From the NCBI GenBank assembly GCA_016748015.1, contig JAAOMT010000197.1, positions 406,388 to 470,387 on the forward strand: a DNA stretch of 64,000 bases. The letters run 5' to 3'. This stretch comes from Geosiphon pyriformis uo1 (lineage: Eukaryota; Fungi; Glomeromycota). Made by a program: the position numbers and the translations under genes. Below the pieces are notes generated by a model. It was not told the DNA's origin. It searched no databases and was given only the letters and a program-made list of their open reading frames with translations. Positions 22,244 through 35,941 of this stretch are shown here, in pieces. Position 1 is the stretch's first letter; every line of letters begins with the position of its first letter.

Positions 22244-25200
22244 CTGGCTATATTCAAAGTATATTATATAGAAAACTGGCTATTTTTAACCCAAATTATA
22301 TTATTAACAAAAGTGCTTACAGCAAAAAATGATGTTAAACTTCTATTATTCTTTATTTTGTCTGTTTTAACAACAAAACTAGTATTGATTTAATATCATT
22401 ACAAATACATATGTCTCTTAACTTTGTACAAGAAGAAATTATAAAATTTTTTTAAAAAAAAAATAAAAAAATTTCATTTTAATTTAAACTATTATGTACT
22501 TTGTAACTATTTGAAAGCCCAAAATTAGTCATTATTTTATTGATTTTATCTTTATATATATAGCTAAAAAACTTAACAAACTACTTATATATTTTAATTT
22601 GTTGTAAGCTAATTCTTAAATAATAGTATTTAACTAAATCATAAACTTTGCACATATTTTATAAGACCAATAAAAGTTTCTAATTTTTTTCTAAAGCATC
22701 TTTAATTACTAACTTAATAGCAAACACAGAAGACTAAATTGAGATATCTTTTAATACAGAAAAATTATTTCCAAAAAAACACCAAACTTGCTATATATAA
22801 ACAAAATCCAATTAGAAAAAATCTTAAAAAAAAATTTTCTAGCTATTTTGATTAACACAATAAGTTAAGTATTCATTAAAATGTCTTCTTATTTGTAAGA
22901 CTTAAGAATCATTAAAATTTATGTCCTTTTTTAAAAAACCAAAACACCCATCAAGTAACAAACACAAATTCAATAAATTTAAAGACATTTTATTAAAGCA
23001 TTATTATTATACTTTTACAGCTTATTAGAAATACCAGATAGATTAACAGCTTTACTATCAAGTAAATTATTAACCACCAAATACAGTTTATTTATGCTGA
23101 TCTTTTTTATTATACCAAAAAAGGTATTATTATTTATATAAATTAATAAAGCATATTGATATGCTCAAAGCTTAGGCAGCACTAAAAACATAACTTGTTT
23201 TCTTGTTTATTTCTCCATAATTTTATTAACATTAATCTTTAATTCATTAGATTTAAATATCAAATTTTTTTTAACTACTAAATAATCCAAAATAATTTTA
23301 CAAAAAGACCATTTCAAAATACTTTTTATTATATTTTTTTATTAGAACAAAAACTTTCATATGCTTTTTAATTGTCTTTCTAATAAAAACTTTTTTAGTC
23401 AATTTTAACTCATAATATTTAAACTTTTTATAATTTTTTCTGATTAATAATAAATACTTAATAATATCTATCAATCTTATATTATTCTGAACTATATTCA
23501 TGATTTTAAAAGTCTTACTACTATCTAAGATAGACTACTTATTAATTAGATAAATAAAATTAAACATATTATTCAGACTTGTTTTTTTAATTATCTTAGC
23601 TATTAATACTTCCAATTCAAAAAACTTTAAAAACTGTCTGTTTTTTAAACAATTAAACACACTAAACCAATATTCTAATATCTAAAAAATATTTTATTAG
23701 CTGCTTTTATTATTATCTTTCTTAATATCTCTCACATTATATTCAAATTACCAAAAACTTTTGTATTTAAAAACTTATTCAACATTATCAAAAACTTAAC
23801 AGAAAAGCATTTCTTGAACTGTTTCTACTTGGGACTATTTGTATCTTTAATTTTAAATTTTCATTAATTTTTATTAACTTGTTTATAAATACTATTCAAA
23901 CAAACATCCAAAAAATCTTTTAAACCAACTAAAACTATTACAGCATTGTAGTCAGTATTAAAAAAGTTGGACACACTTCTAATGTTTTATTTTATAATAA
24001 CAAATAACAGATTTTCATTTATAAAAATATAATTAATAACTTTCTCTATCCTTCTTAAGTTGTTCTAAGTAAAAACTTTGGCTAAAAAATGACTACTAAA
24101 AAAATTAACCAAATTCAAATTTATACAAAACTTAAAACTAATACTTTTTTTAAATCTATTCTTATTAAAATTTTTATTTAAAACCACAAATAAACTGGTA
24201 TTAACTGCTTTAGCAATAAAAGAGTTAATTTTTAACATCTGATCAAATTTAGTTTTAACAAAAACACCAGCATACAAACTTAAGATTATAATTAATAATT
24301 TATTTTTGAATAAAAGTCATACTAAAATAATTCAACTAAAGATCTTCTTTACTTTTGAAACATACTAAACCAAAGAATTATTTATAATAATAATCACTTT
24401 AGCACCAAAAAAACTCTTATTCAAATCAAATATAAAAACTCATATCTTTTTAAACTTATTTATAATTCATAATCTAATACTAAACTTTAATTTTGTTTCT
24501 GTAATAATTAAAATCATATTATCTGAATTTAAATATCAACAAACAATATTTTTTTGTTTAGCAGAAACATTAATATTTCAAATATTACACACAGCAAACT
24601 TTCAAACCAAGTTACTTATTGAGAAAAAAGATGTATCAAAGAATTCAAACCAGTATACAACTGATCTAATTTCATTAAAACCAAACCAATAGAAATTTTA
24701 AAAGCAATCATTTTTAATTTTAAGTTACTCATCTTAGTGGTAAAAATTTTTAAGCTATTTTAACTTAAATTTAAAGTCCTATTTTTTGTTACTAAAAGAA
24801 AAAAAAGGGATAACACTAGTAGAGTATTTAAAATCATGTCTAAATTCAATCTCAAATTTAATGTCATAGATACAACTAAAGAAAAAAGTCAAAAAAAATG
24901 CCAAAAGTACCAAATTTATATTGCTTAGTTTTTATACAATGTTAGATACTTAATTAGCCAAAAAATCTAAAAAACATTTCAAAAAAACCAAACAAACATT
25001 AATAAATGAATTATTTTAAACAACAAAGAAACTCTTATTAACACATAGAGTATTAAAAAAAAATAAACCAGAACCAGAACCAAAATAAAAACCATTAAAA
25101 AAAACAGCAATTAAAACTATTTATGCTTATAATTTGTCACCAAAGACAATAAAACATAAAATAAAAACACTTTTTTTTGCATATAATCTGATCAATTAAA

Positions 25201-28200
25201 GACAATTCTTGTCTGTTGCAATCTTTTTATAAACATTTAAAGATAACAAAAAAAATACAATTAATACATCATACTTCAAAGTTGAATGCCCAAAATATCC
25301 ACATTTTTTACATCAAACCAAATTTAATCTACTCTAAAAAAGCTTAATATCATCTAAAATTGGCTTTGTACAAAAGACCAATTTTAATTTTTTTCTGATT
25401 TGAAGCCAATTATTATACAGTAAACTCTATTGCCAATTTTAAATGATCAATTAATAATACAAGTTTTTCAATCAGCCTTTTTTAATAGAATACCAAGATT
25501 ATGAGCAGTTGTTTTTATAAAAAGAGTAAACAAAAATATTTTGAATTAATTTTTAGATATTCAAATATTATGATCTTTTATAGTCTTTACTATACATATT
25601 AAATTTTTTTTAATTAAGAATAACCAGTTAACTGCCAATTAATCTGCTTAAACCAATTTAGCAAATTTTATTACAGTTTTTTACCATAGTTTAATTAGAT
25701 ATAATCAGATTAATACTATTTAACCAAACTTAAAAAGAGCTATAACAATTATTTTCTTTAACATATTCATAAAAATTTTTTAATTACAACAGCCTAATTT
25801 GAACAAAAACTTTGTTTTTTAAAATTGTTGTTTACAATAATGTCTTTTTTTTTGGTCAATAATATAGTTTTTTCTATCTTTTCTTTTAATTTAAATATAA
25901 ATCTAATGATTTTTTCAAATTTTAAATGAGTAATAACTCCTTTAAAATTATTAATTATTGGGAAAATTTTTTTGATAAGCTGAGTTTTTGTCATTGTTGA
26001 TTTGCCATTTACTGTTAAAAAATTAATGTCTAAAGCAAAGAATTTTCTAATAGACACTTCTATTTAAGTTTTTGTAATTTTTAAATTAATTTATTTTTTA
26101 TTCAAATAAATATTGAGATAAAAAAAAAGAAAAACTTTATTATTATCTATGTTATAGTTGAGAAAACCAATTAAAGAATCAAAAACAACACTAGTATTAA
26201 TTTATTTGGCTTTAAAAATATTTATTTTAGAATTAAATTGCTTTTTTTCTTTACTATTTGCTCTATAATTAGTATTATCATTTAAAAAAACCATTTTAAA
26301 AGCATTTTTATTTGTATTTATTTCAACAAACTGACTAACAATATGCTTAAACTACCAAAACTTAAATTTATCTTATTATCTAAATGTTTTACTTTACCAA
26401 AAAAAGCTTTCTGTTTCTAAGCCAAGCTTTTACTAACAAACTTAAAGCTAAAATTCTGGTTTGTTTTTTTTTAGTTGTAAAACCACTTATAGTAACAACT
26501 AATTCAACAACAAAAGAGTTTGTTTCTTGAAAAATTATAAAATATAAAAACAAAAAAACTTTTTCAAAAAATGCTCTTTGAAGAATTTTAAATATAGGAA
26601 AAAAAGAAGTTTTTTTTTTGTTTTTTATATATATTATTTTGAAATTATTAATTATAATTTCTAAATTTAAATTTAATTATTATAAGCTTTTAACTAATTG
26701 TTAAATTATTTCTGGAATATATGTTATTGTTTTGGATTTTTTTGCATGAGTTTTTATGTTTATTAAGTTGTTTTTAGTGTAATTTAAAATTAATTATTTT
26801 TTAAATAATATTTAATTAAAATTATTAATTTTAAATCCTATGAAATTCAATCTAATAATATTAATATGGTGCAAACTATTATAGTTATTAAACAATTTAT
26901 ATAATTTTAAATTGTATTTAGTCTTCCAATTTTAATAATATTAAAAAACTAAACCATAAATATGATATATTAAGTTCTTTTCTTTCACATTTATGATTTA
27001 ATTTTTTGAACTATATTATAATTTATAAAGTTATTAAAGTTTAAAATTAGTTACTTTTATTATTAATTTTTAATTTTTGGATGCTGATCAATCAGATTTT
27101 AACCAATCAGCAATTATTAAAGTCATGTTATTATGTGATAAATTATCTAAGTATTATCATTTTCAAAAAGGCTTTCAATTAATATTAATCTAATTTTTAG
27201 ATGGCCACTTTTTTATAAGATATAATATCTTTTGGTCTATGTGTCTTTTACTGCTAATATAGCACTATTAACCATGAATATTCCATTTATACCACCACCA
27301 TATTTGGTTGTCATTATTGGAACAGAAATCCAGATATCAATATTGTTTACATCAAACATCAAAGAAATCATAAAAGTACTATGAACAATTGTTAGAGAAT
27401 TTGAAAATATCATTTGTGCTTTATTTGTAACCTTATATTACTATAATGTAGATACTTATTTTGAATTCACAAATAATCTTTTAATGACTATAATGTTGTA
27501 TTTCAAAAAATTGCTTAGATCTAAGAGATATACAAAATTCTCTGTAATAAAAATTTTTGGTTAAATTTAATATTTGAATGATGAATTATACTAAAAAGAA
27601 ATATAATGACTAAAATACTTATTGTGTATTCAACTGAATCATGATCTAGTTTTAGAATTGGTTTCTTAGACTGTAAAAAAAATTTTGATTGTTAAATATT
27701 TTAACAACTTATTACAATATGATATATAATAGCTTATCACAATAATCAAAAAACTTATATCAATTGGTGTTAATTTAAGGAAATCAGATTGGAATTAAAA
27801 GATCTTTGGCTTTATCTTAATTGAGAGAACTGAAGTTGTCTTAAAACTTATAATCTTAAATAGCTCTTTTTTGTTAGTGTTGTACATTTTCTAACAAGTT
27901 TGTTTTGATATAAAAAATGTATGAAACATATTAATTCAAGTAGATAAAACCCAGATTTTTTTGTAAAAGTCTAATAAACTTTTTATTTATAAATAATATA
28001 TTAAAAACACATATATATTAACCAATAAAATTTAATTATATAAATAAAAACATGTAAAGATTATCATTTAAAATTTCAGACTGATCTATATTTTTAATGA
28101 TTATAAATGATTTGCATCATAATAATTGTGTTTCAATTTTAAGTATTTATATTACTATTATTGGCTTATTATAATATAATTTTAAAAACTAATTATTATG

Positions 28201-28274
28201 TATTGTTTTTTTTAATATTTTTTTATTCAGTTTTAATTTGTATAATTTATTTTTAAATGTTTTATAAAAATATA

Positions 28275-29837
28275 ATTCCCAATTGGTTTAAGCTTTCTGT
28301 TGATTTCCTTAGTGTTATAGTCTTTTCTCCTATTGATTTTTCTTTTTTGGATGTTTTTGAATCTTCAAGTGTTTTGGAGTCTAGTAAGTTCAAGTGTGTT
28401 GATAATAGTTTGTTAGATATTGTGGCTAATAGTTTTTCTGTTTATATAAATAGATTTTTGGTGGACTTGAGAGGTGCTGGTGCAGTGGTTTTCTTTGAAG
28501 ATGTGAATTTGGGTTTGAGAGTTAAAATTTCTGGTCTGCTGTCTTCTACTTTGGCTAAGCTGTAAGCTATTGTATTGGCTCTTGAATGTGTTCCCTCTCT
28601 CAGCTCAGTTTGTTTTTTTATGGACTGTTAGGCTGTCTTGGATGTTTGCAAATCGGAATTGGAGCTGGTACATCCAGATTTTTAGAATCAGTGCTAGGTT
28701 GAGCATTGACATATTGTGAACATTATTAGGAAAAAAATTTGAATATTAGTTGGTGCAAAGTTAAGGGTCATTTAGGTATTTTGGGTAATGAATGTGCTAA
28801 TGTACTTATTGACACTGCTTTTCTTTCTTCCTAGCATCTTCCTCTCTTTTTGAAAAAACATTATATTTTGGCTGATGATAGTATTGTTTCTGGTAACTCT
28901 AGACATTTTGTTTATGGAATCTTTTGGTCCATTCATTATGCACACTAAGAGACTAGTTCTGGGTCTGAGGTTTTAAATGGTAGTCTGCACTTGGATGTTA
29001 ATTGGCCTTGCTTATTCTCAGTCTGGTATTCTGATTTGCACATGGCTGCTGGTTTCATTAGTAGGCTTATTGCTGGTACTCAAATGTACTTCATAAAAGC
29101 TTTGCATTGTTGATTGCTGGTTGCTATTTGTAAATGCTTTTATGATAAGAGTTACCTCAGTGTATTGTGTTTGTATTGTAATGAGGTTGAAATTTCAGAT
29201 TATGTTTTCTCTTGTATAGTCAATAATTATGTTCATCATTATTTGTTAGATATTCATGTAGCTGTTTGTTGTGTGCTTTCTGGTTTGTTTCTTCCCTTTT
29301 CATGTATTTTTCAATTATTGTTCTTCTGTGTTTCGAATACTGCAGTATGCATGGCTTTTTGCAAAGATTTTGTTTTTAAAGATTGGCTTTAAAAGACCAC
29401 ATCTGTTTTCAAGAATACCAAAATTGCAAGTCAAAAAATTAAGGAATTTGTACATGCCTTTTGTCTTGCTTTTAGGAAGAAGGTATGGTTAGTTTGCACT
29501 AAGTACTGGGCTTTTATAAAAAAAAATAAGCTGATACCATTTGATAATTTGATTCTGAGATTGGTTTCTGAGTTGTCTTTATCATTTTCTGTTGGTGTGG
29601 TAAAATTGTTAGGTATTAATAAGGTGTTTGGTGTTGTCTTTAGGTTTCATAAATCATGTTTATTTCTTTTAGGTATTAAAAATCCTGTCTCTGTTTATAT
29701 AAGTGTTTAGTGTTGTCCTAATTGGCCTAAGTGGCTGATTACATGTAAAAAATACATGATTCACACCTAGTTTAAATTAATTATTTAATGTATTGTACTA
29801 GGCCATGTTCAGATCTTACTCATTAAATTTAATAAAA
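28275..29837 (+). mobile_element. 5'-truncated LINE (LINE E: RNase H, C-terminus, 3' UTR, poly-A)
   Basis: 'GAGAVVFFEDVNLGL...SSTLAKL', 'WCKVKGHLGILGNECAN', 'CLYCNEVEISDYVFSC'; ORF2 stop at ~29710; probable TSD aaaaatata (28266-28274 / 29838-29846). Confidence 0.88.
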
Positions 29838-31109
29838 AAAAATATATAAAATAGTTTATTTTATTTGTGATTAAACTTTTTATTTTATTGTTTCTTAACT
29901 TTAATATGATATAATAATACTTTGTTTTCAATTTTATAATTAATTATATTATTTAATAGCTTGTTATTATGTTTTTTATGTCTTATTTTTTGTTGTTTTT
30001 GTAATTATTTAATATTTTGTATTATTTTTTTTTGTTTTTAAAAGTTTTTATTAACTTATATGTTCTTTTAAACAATATTTTATGAAATATTGTTTTAGTA
30101 ATAATAATTTTTTTATTATTATGTAATTAATAAATAAAGCCTAATAATATTATTTAAATATATTAAAATAATAAATTCAATTAATAATATGGTTTTTTTT
30201 TATAAATTAACTTAAATAATATAAATTATATAGTATTTTATTTTAATGTTTTATATACTAATAGTACTACTTATATAAATAAATTTTTTTTTATGTTTAT
30301 TATTAATTTTGGCCAGTAATTTATATAATATATGTTTAAATTATTGAATTAATTTATTTATTTATAAATAATATAATAATAATAATAATAGTTATTTAAT
30401 TTCAAATTTTTGATTAAGCTTTTTTAATATTCTATTTATAAAATATGTGTTTTAATTTAATAATAAGTTTTGTAAATATCTATGCTAACAAATTAAGTTT
30501 TTATATATAAATTAAGCTATTAAGATAATATTAATTGTTTTAATAGCTTTAACTTTTGGCTATTTGATAAAATAATTTACTATTACTATAATATATTAAT
30601 TATTTTTTGTTGTTATTAATAATAATTAAATTAAATTAATTCTAATTTTATTAAATGACTATTTAATTTTTATTAGTTTTAATAATTTAGTTGTTTTTGT
30701 TCTATTTTTTTGTTAACATAAATTACAATCTTTTATATATTAAATTATATTTGTATTTATTTTGAACTAATTGTAATAATTAATTATATGTTAAATAATT
30801 GGTGTTTTTTTTAAAATAGTCTAAATAAATATTTGAATATATATTAAATAAAATAGTTTTTTTTTATTTGTGATTATAATTCTTAATAAATTATTTGAAT
30901 TTTGTTAATTTTAATAATAAAATATGTAATTTTGAATAAAATAATATCTTAATAATTTTTGGTATTTAATTGGCTTTTCTACTAATATGTTTTTATTTAA
31001 TTGTAGTGTTTTAAGTATTAATTAAGATTTTGTAAAGATAATTGTTTATTGTTTTTATAATAATTAATTGATAATTTTTATGTGTATCTTATTTTTAATA
31101 AATATTAAT

Positions 31110-31746
31110 ATTAAAAAAAAAGAACAAAAATAGAAATTATAAAAAAAATTAAAGAAGAAAGTTAGTATTATCAACTATTATAATCAAAAGCAATTAGTCT
31201 AAATCTTTAAAAATTTGTGGTGTTATATGCTAAGAGCATTTGTTCAAGAATAATAATAAGAAACAATAATTAATTGAGTAAAAACACATGATTTCAAAAA
31301 TCATGTATAAACAGTTTTTTTGGGTTTTTGTTTGTTTTTTAATATTTTTTTTATTTTTATAATTTAAATATAGATATAAGTAAGAGGTATTAACAAAAAA
31401 TATATTAGATATAAATCAAGAAAAAAGCTAATTTTTGTCTATCTGTCTTTTTTTATTTTCTATAATTAGTTTCTTTTATATATTTCTTTTAATTTTACAA
31501 GACTGCTTTTAATCATTTCATTATTGCTAATTATTGCTTGTTATTTCTGTTATTGCTTTGTTTTTCTATATTATTACTAGTTATCCTAAGTTTGATTAGT
31601 TTTTTTGTGCTATATTATGTTTTCACTTTTGTATTATGTTATCTCAAGTTATTATGTATTATTCTGTGTTTTTTTGTATTATTTTATGTTATTCTATGTT
31701 ATTATATTTCTTCATAACTTGAATTGGTTTTTCTATTCAGATAACA
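31110..31746 (-). repeat. Truncated LTR of the Gypsy-2 LTR family
   Basis: Reverse complement starts tgttatctgaatagaaaaaccaattc, matching 48394 and 50220. The 3' part is lost. Confidence 0.8.
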
Positions 31747-32543
31747 CCAAATTCAAAAAATACCAAAAACTTGGCAATTTTAAGAATAATTAAACAAACA
31801 GAGCTTGTAAGTTCAACCAAAAAAGCAGTTTTCAAAGACTTTTAAAAAGCAAATTTCATGCAAAAGAGCTTTACATTGTTTTTTAATACTGATTTTGTAT
31901 CTAAAAAACCATGTACAAACTAAAAAACAGTCTTAATATAAGCTAATTTGATCTTAAAAATAACATTAAGCACTAAAATTAAGGCTATTTATTTAGCAAA
32001 TCTTTGATAACTAATAATAATTTCTCAAATACCATTAATGGCAGCACCAAAAACCAGTAAAGAAAATAATTTAGTTTTTATCTAGTTAGTTCAATTTTCA
32101 AAAACAAATAACTCCACAAAAGATAGTTGTTTTGCTTTTAAAACCAGTAAAAATCTGTCAAAAAACACCATATTTAACAACATAGCCAATAGTTGATCTT
32201 AGTCTATCTTAGATAATATATTAAATAATACAACAAAAATTTTATTTAAGATCTTATTAAAAATCACAAAAAAATTTAATATAACAATAACAAAAATGAG
32301 TAACTGCTTTTATTTTTTTGAATCTTTGGTCTTATTGTCTATTTTTTTTAAAGAAATAATACTAACAGCATTAGATATAAAAGCTATAGAAAAAAAAACC
32401 AGTTTGTTAAATAATTTCTTATTAAAAAATTTTGAGCTCTTAGAGAAGATAAAAACAACACTGAGACTAATTCAAGTGTGTTTTTTTTAAAAAAACTTTG
32501 ACTAAAAAAAAACTAGCCAAAAATAAAAAAAATGTTTTAATGG

Positions 32544-33562
32544 TATTATCTAAATAAAAAAAACCAATTCAAAAAATATTGAAAAAATGTGATTAAAAAC
32601 GTGATAACTTAGAAAAAATGTAATAACACAAAATAATATATAATAATACATAATAACTCAAGATAATGTAATACACAATAATATGAAATAACTAATCATA
32701 ATATAGAATAACTAATTATAATATAAAAAAATAAATCAACAACAAAAATAGTAAGCAATAGCTAATAATAACAAGTAATCAAAAGCAATCTTATAAAACT
32801 AAAAATATGTATAAAAATAAATAGTTTTAGCAAAAAAAAAAAGACAAACAGACAAATAGAAAAAAAAACCCAATATCTTTTTATTTATATATCTTAAATC
32901 TACCTTATTTATATATTTATATTACCACAAATAAAAAAAATATTCAAAACCAAAAAAAATCATTTATATATAATCTACAAATTCTATGTTTAAAATTGAA
33001 TTAATTGTTTTCTTATCTTTGTTTTTGGTCAAAGACTTTTAACATAAAAATAACTTAAACAATAATGACTTAGACTAATTGTTTTTGATCACAGCAATTA
33101 ATAATACTAATTTTTTTTTTTTTTTTTTTTTATTTTTTTTTTTTTTTTTTTTTATTTTATTTTATTTTATTTTTATTTTTTTGTGAAGTGGCAATATTGT
33201 AAAATTAATTGTCTGAAAATAGACTTTATGATAACTTGGTAAAAAAGAGAAGTTCTTTTTAAGATTGAATATTAATATTATCTTGTTAGCTTACCAGAAG
33301 AAAAAAAAACACCACCAGATTTTAGCAACTGCACTTAACTAGCTTAAAAAAAATAGTTTATATACTTAAGTTGCAAACAACCAAAACACTTTTCTGTGTC
33401 TTATAACCAAAAAACTTTATGAATAAAACTAGCAAAAATTTTTGGAAATTAATATTACTAATTTATCTTAAGTGTTTATAAAAAAAAATCTTTTAAGTTC
33501 TTCTTATCCAAATTTAAAGCACTAATTATTACCACAATACTCCAATAAGTTTATTCATAATA
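32544..33562 (+). repeat. 5' LTR of Gypsy-2
   Basis: Direct repeat of 50220-51197; followed by the PBS. Confidence 0.85.
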
Positions 33563-35941
33563 TTTGGTATTTTTTGTATAGTTATAAAATCTATAAAGAC
33601 AAAATACTCCAAAAATTTACAAAAATGGCAACTATTGAGACTATAAAAAAAATTACTCACTATATAGAAGAATATTATTTCAATATTTTAAGAAAAACTT
33701 AAGAATACTACTAGAAACTATTATTATAAAGAGTAATTTTTGTTACTATATTTATACTAAGATTAATTACTTACTAAGCCAAACAACAAACACAGAAAAA
33801 CTTGAAAAAAAAATCCATCAAAAATTACTAATATACTCAATTTTAACTATCACTTAGATTATAGGCAAAACTTTTTTCATAATTAATAAAAAAATCGAAA
33901 AATATATTCAAAAACAGTACTTCCAAATAAAAAAACAACAACCATCAAAACTGATTTAAAAAAATCCAAGTTTGAATCTAATAATATACAAATTACACAA
34001 GAAAAAGCTTAACTCATAATTAATAAGAAATCAAAATTTTTCTTATCAACTATTTTTTCATACTACTAGATATTAGAAAGTAAAATTCTATTTAATTAAC
34101 CTATTGAAACACAATTAAAAACTCCAAAAACTCTTAGAACTCTGTATTTTTGGGACTATAACCAAAATGTTTGAACCAAATTCTTACAAAAATATAAATT
34201 ATTGTTTGAAAATTTTTTTTTAATAATTAGTAAACCTGACAGAAATATTTTTTTTTGAACACAACTATTAGCATTACTTTTAAACAAATCAACTACTATA
34301 CTTTTAGGTATAACAACTATTTTACAAACTATTGGTTACACTAATAAAAAAAACAATTAGCTGTAAATTTAACAAAGCAACCAAACATACTTTTATCAAT
34401 ATCTTCTTTGTCAACAATTAAACCAATTCCTATTACTTAGATTATGATTTACAAAAAAATTATCAGACTAGAAAAATTTTTTGGTAAAAAAAAACACATA
34501 TATTTAAATTGCAAAAGCTAAAAAAACAATCAAAACCAATAATTAAAATAAGTTCAAAACAATTTAAGTTCTACTGTTCTTTTTAATAAAAACTGCAAAC
34601 TTATGATACCAAAGTCTCAAGAAAAAACCAACTGATTTTGCTGTTTTTAAATTTATCTTTTTATAATACTTTTACAACTCTAATATGCTCATTAGACTAC
34701 AAAATCAGTTCAGTATAATAAAACAGAAAAATCATAAAGCAATAACTATTTATCTTGAGTGATTTAATCAAATTTTTTACCAAATTCAGGCAATCAAAAA
34801 AAACTATTATACACCAGGACAAATTTCCAACCAATTTATTAAAGAACTAAAAAGTAATATCTTTCAATTTATTAGATTTCACTATCCTAATAGCTTATAA
34901 AAAACCATAATACTTGCTTGTAACTTTGAATCAGTGAAGCAAAAAACCAATTATATTTAAGCTATTAACTTAGCCATAAATAGAACATCAGATATTAATG
35001 TTAAACTTACCTAATTAAGTAAAAAATTGACTCAGAAAATTGAAAAATTCTTAAAAAAAAACTCTGGAACTTATTAACTACCATAACATAAGAACAACTC
35101 TAACAATTATTAACAACAGTAAAATTAACAACAATAACAACAATTTTAAAAGTCAGATTTTTGTAATTGTTACTATTGTCAAAAACCTAAACATATTATA
35201 AAAGATTGCCAAAAAAAATTAACTAATTAAAACCAAAAAAATTAATATTAATTACAACCAAAATATTACCAAGCCATGAGATTTCAATATTTTTTACTGT
35301 AATATTTACAATTATAATACTCATCTTAACAATTCCCAATTTATTATTAGTCTTTACAAGCAATGATACAAACAACACTTCAATATTAGACTCTAATATA
35401 TAACAATCTCAAATTTCGAGCTATTAACTATAATTAGAGATGGCAAAACAATGGTAAACATCAGATAAAACTTAGCAATAGACCACTTTATTCAATAATT
35501 TATAATAACATACAGCTTTAAATACTACAAACAAAATATTCAAACCAGATCTTATACTTTGGTCTTATAAAGATCCTGAATTTTGGTAATGCTACACTTT
35601 TGAAAAAGAAAAATGTAGTTACAATTACCAATTTTTCTTCTTAAAACACTAATCAGATCTCTAAAACAATTTTTTTTACCACAATTATTGAGAATAATAT
35701 ACTGGCTATCATATTTTTATTTAACATTAACAGTTTAAACACTACTAATTTTTTTAGTAAAGCTGTCTTTAATCAGAATAAGCCAATTATAACAATATAT
35801 ATTAATGTTTTTTTTTTTATTATATTTTACAAGCAAAGTCCAAATACTACCTAATATAATACATCAATTAACTAATCTAAACTAGACATGAATCATGCAT
35901 TTTTTACATGCGACCAGCCACTTGGGCCAATCAGGACCACA

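Larger units (their letters stand above)
4019..26617 (-). mobile_element. Old full-length LINE (LINE A: ORF1, APE-RT-RNase H ORF2) split into five pieces by nested insertions
   Basis: Pieces 4019-4129, 14121-16070, 16769-16962, 21131-21362 and 22244-26617 rejoin into continuous LINE sequence once the TSD-flanked inserts are removed. (AAT)n tail at 4019-4050, 5' end 'aaaaaaacttcttt' like LINE D, possible TSD ttgttt (4013-4018 / 26618-26623). Confidence 0.8.
2750..31110 (-). mobile_element. Basal, heavily decayed Ty3/Gypsy remnant (Gypsy-0) hosting later insertions
   Basis: Minus-strand relics in the expected order: integrase core ~29850-31050 (aligns to 'VAEFVHQDLICQHGCPKELLSDQ...NGLVERFNRTL'), integrase C-terminus across 28130-28265 and 29847-29950, ORF3-like pieces 26620-26790 and 3530-4018, LTR ~2750-3530. 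Boundaries approximate. Confidence 0.6.

Noticed and set aside
35915-35935. tggcccaagtgg in the LINE 3' UTR as a tRNA A-box
   Set aside because: Spacing is off by one, and there is no B-box or cloverleaf.
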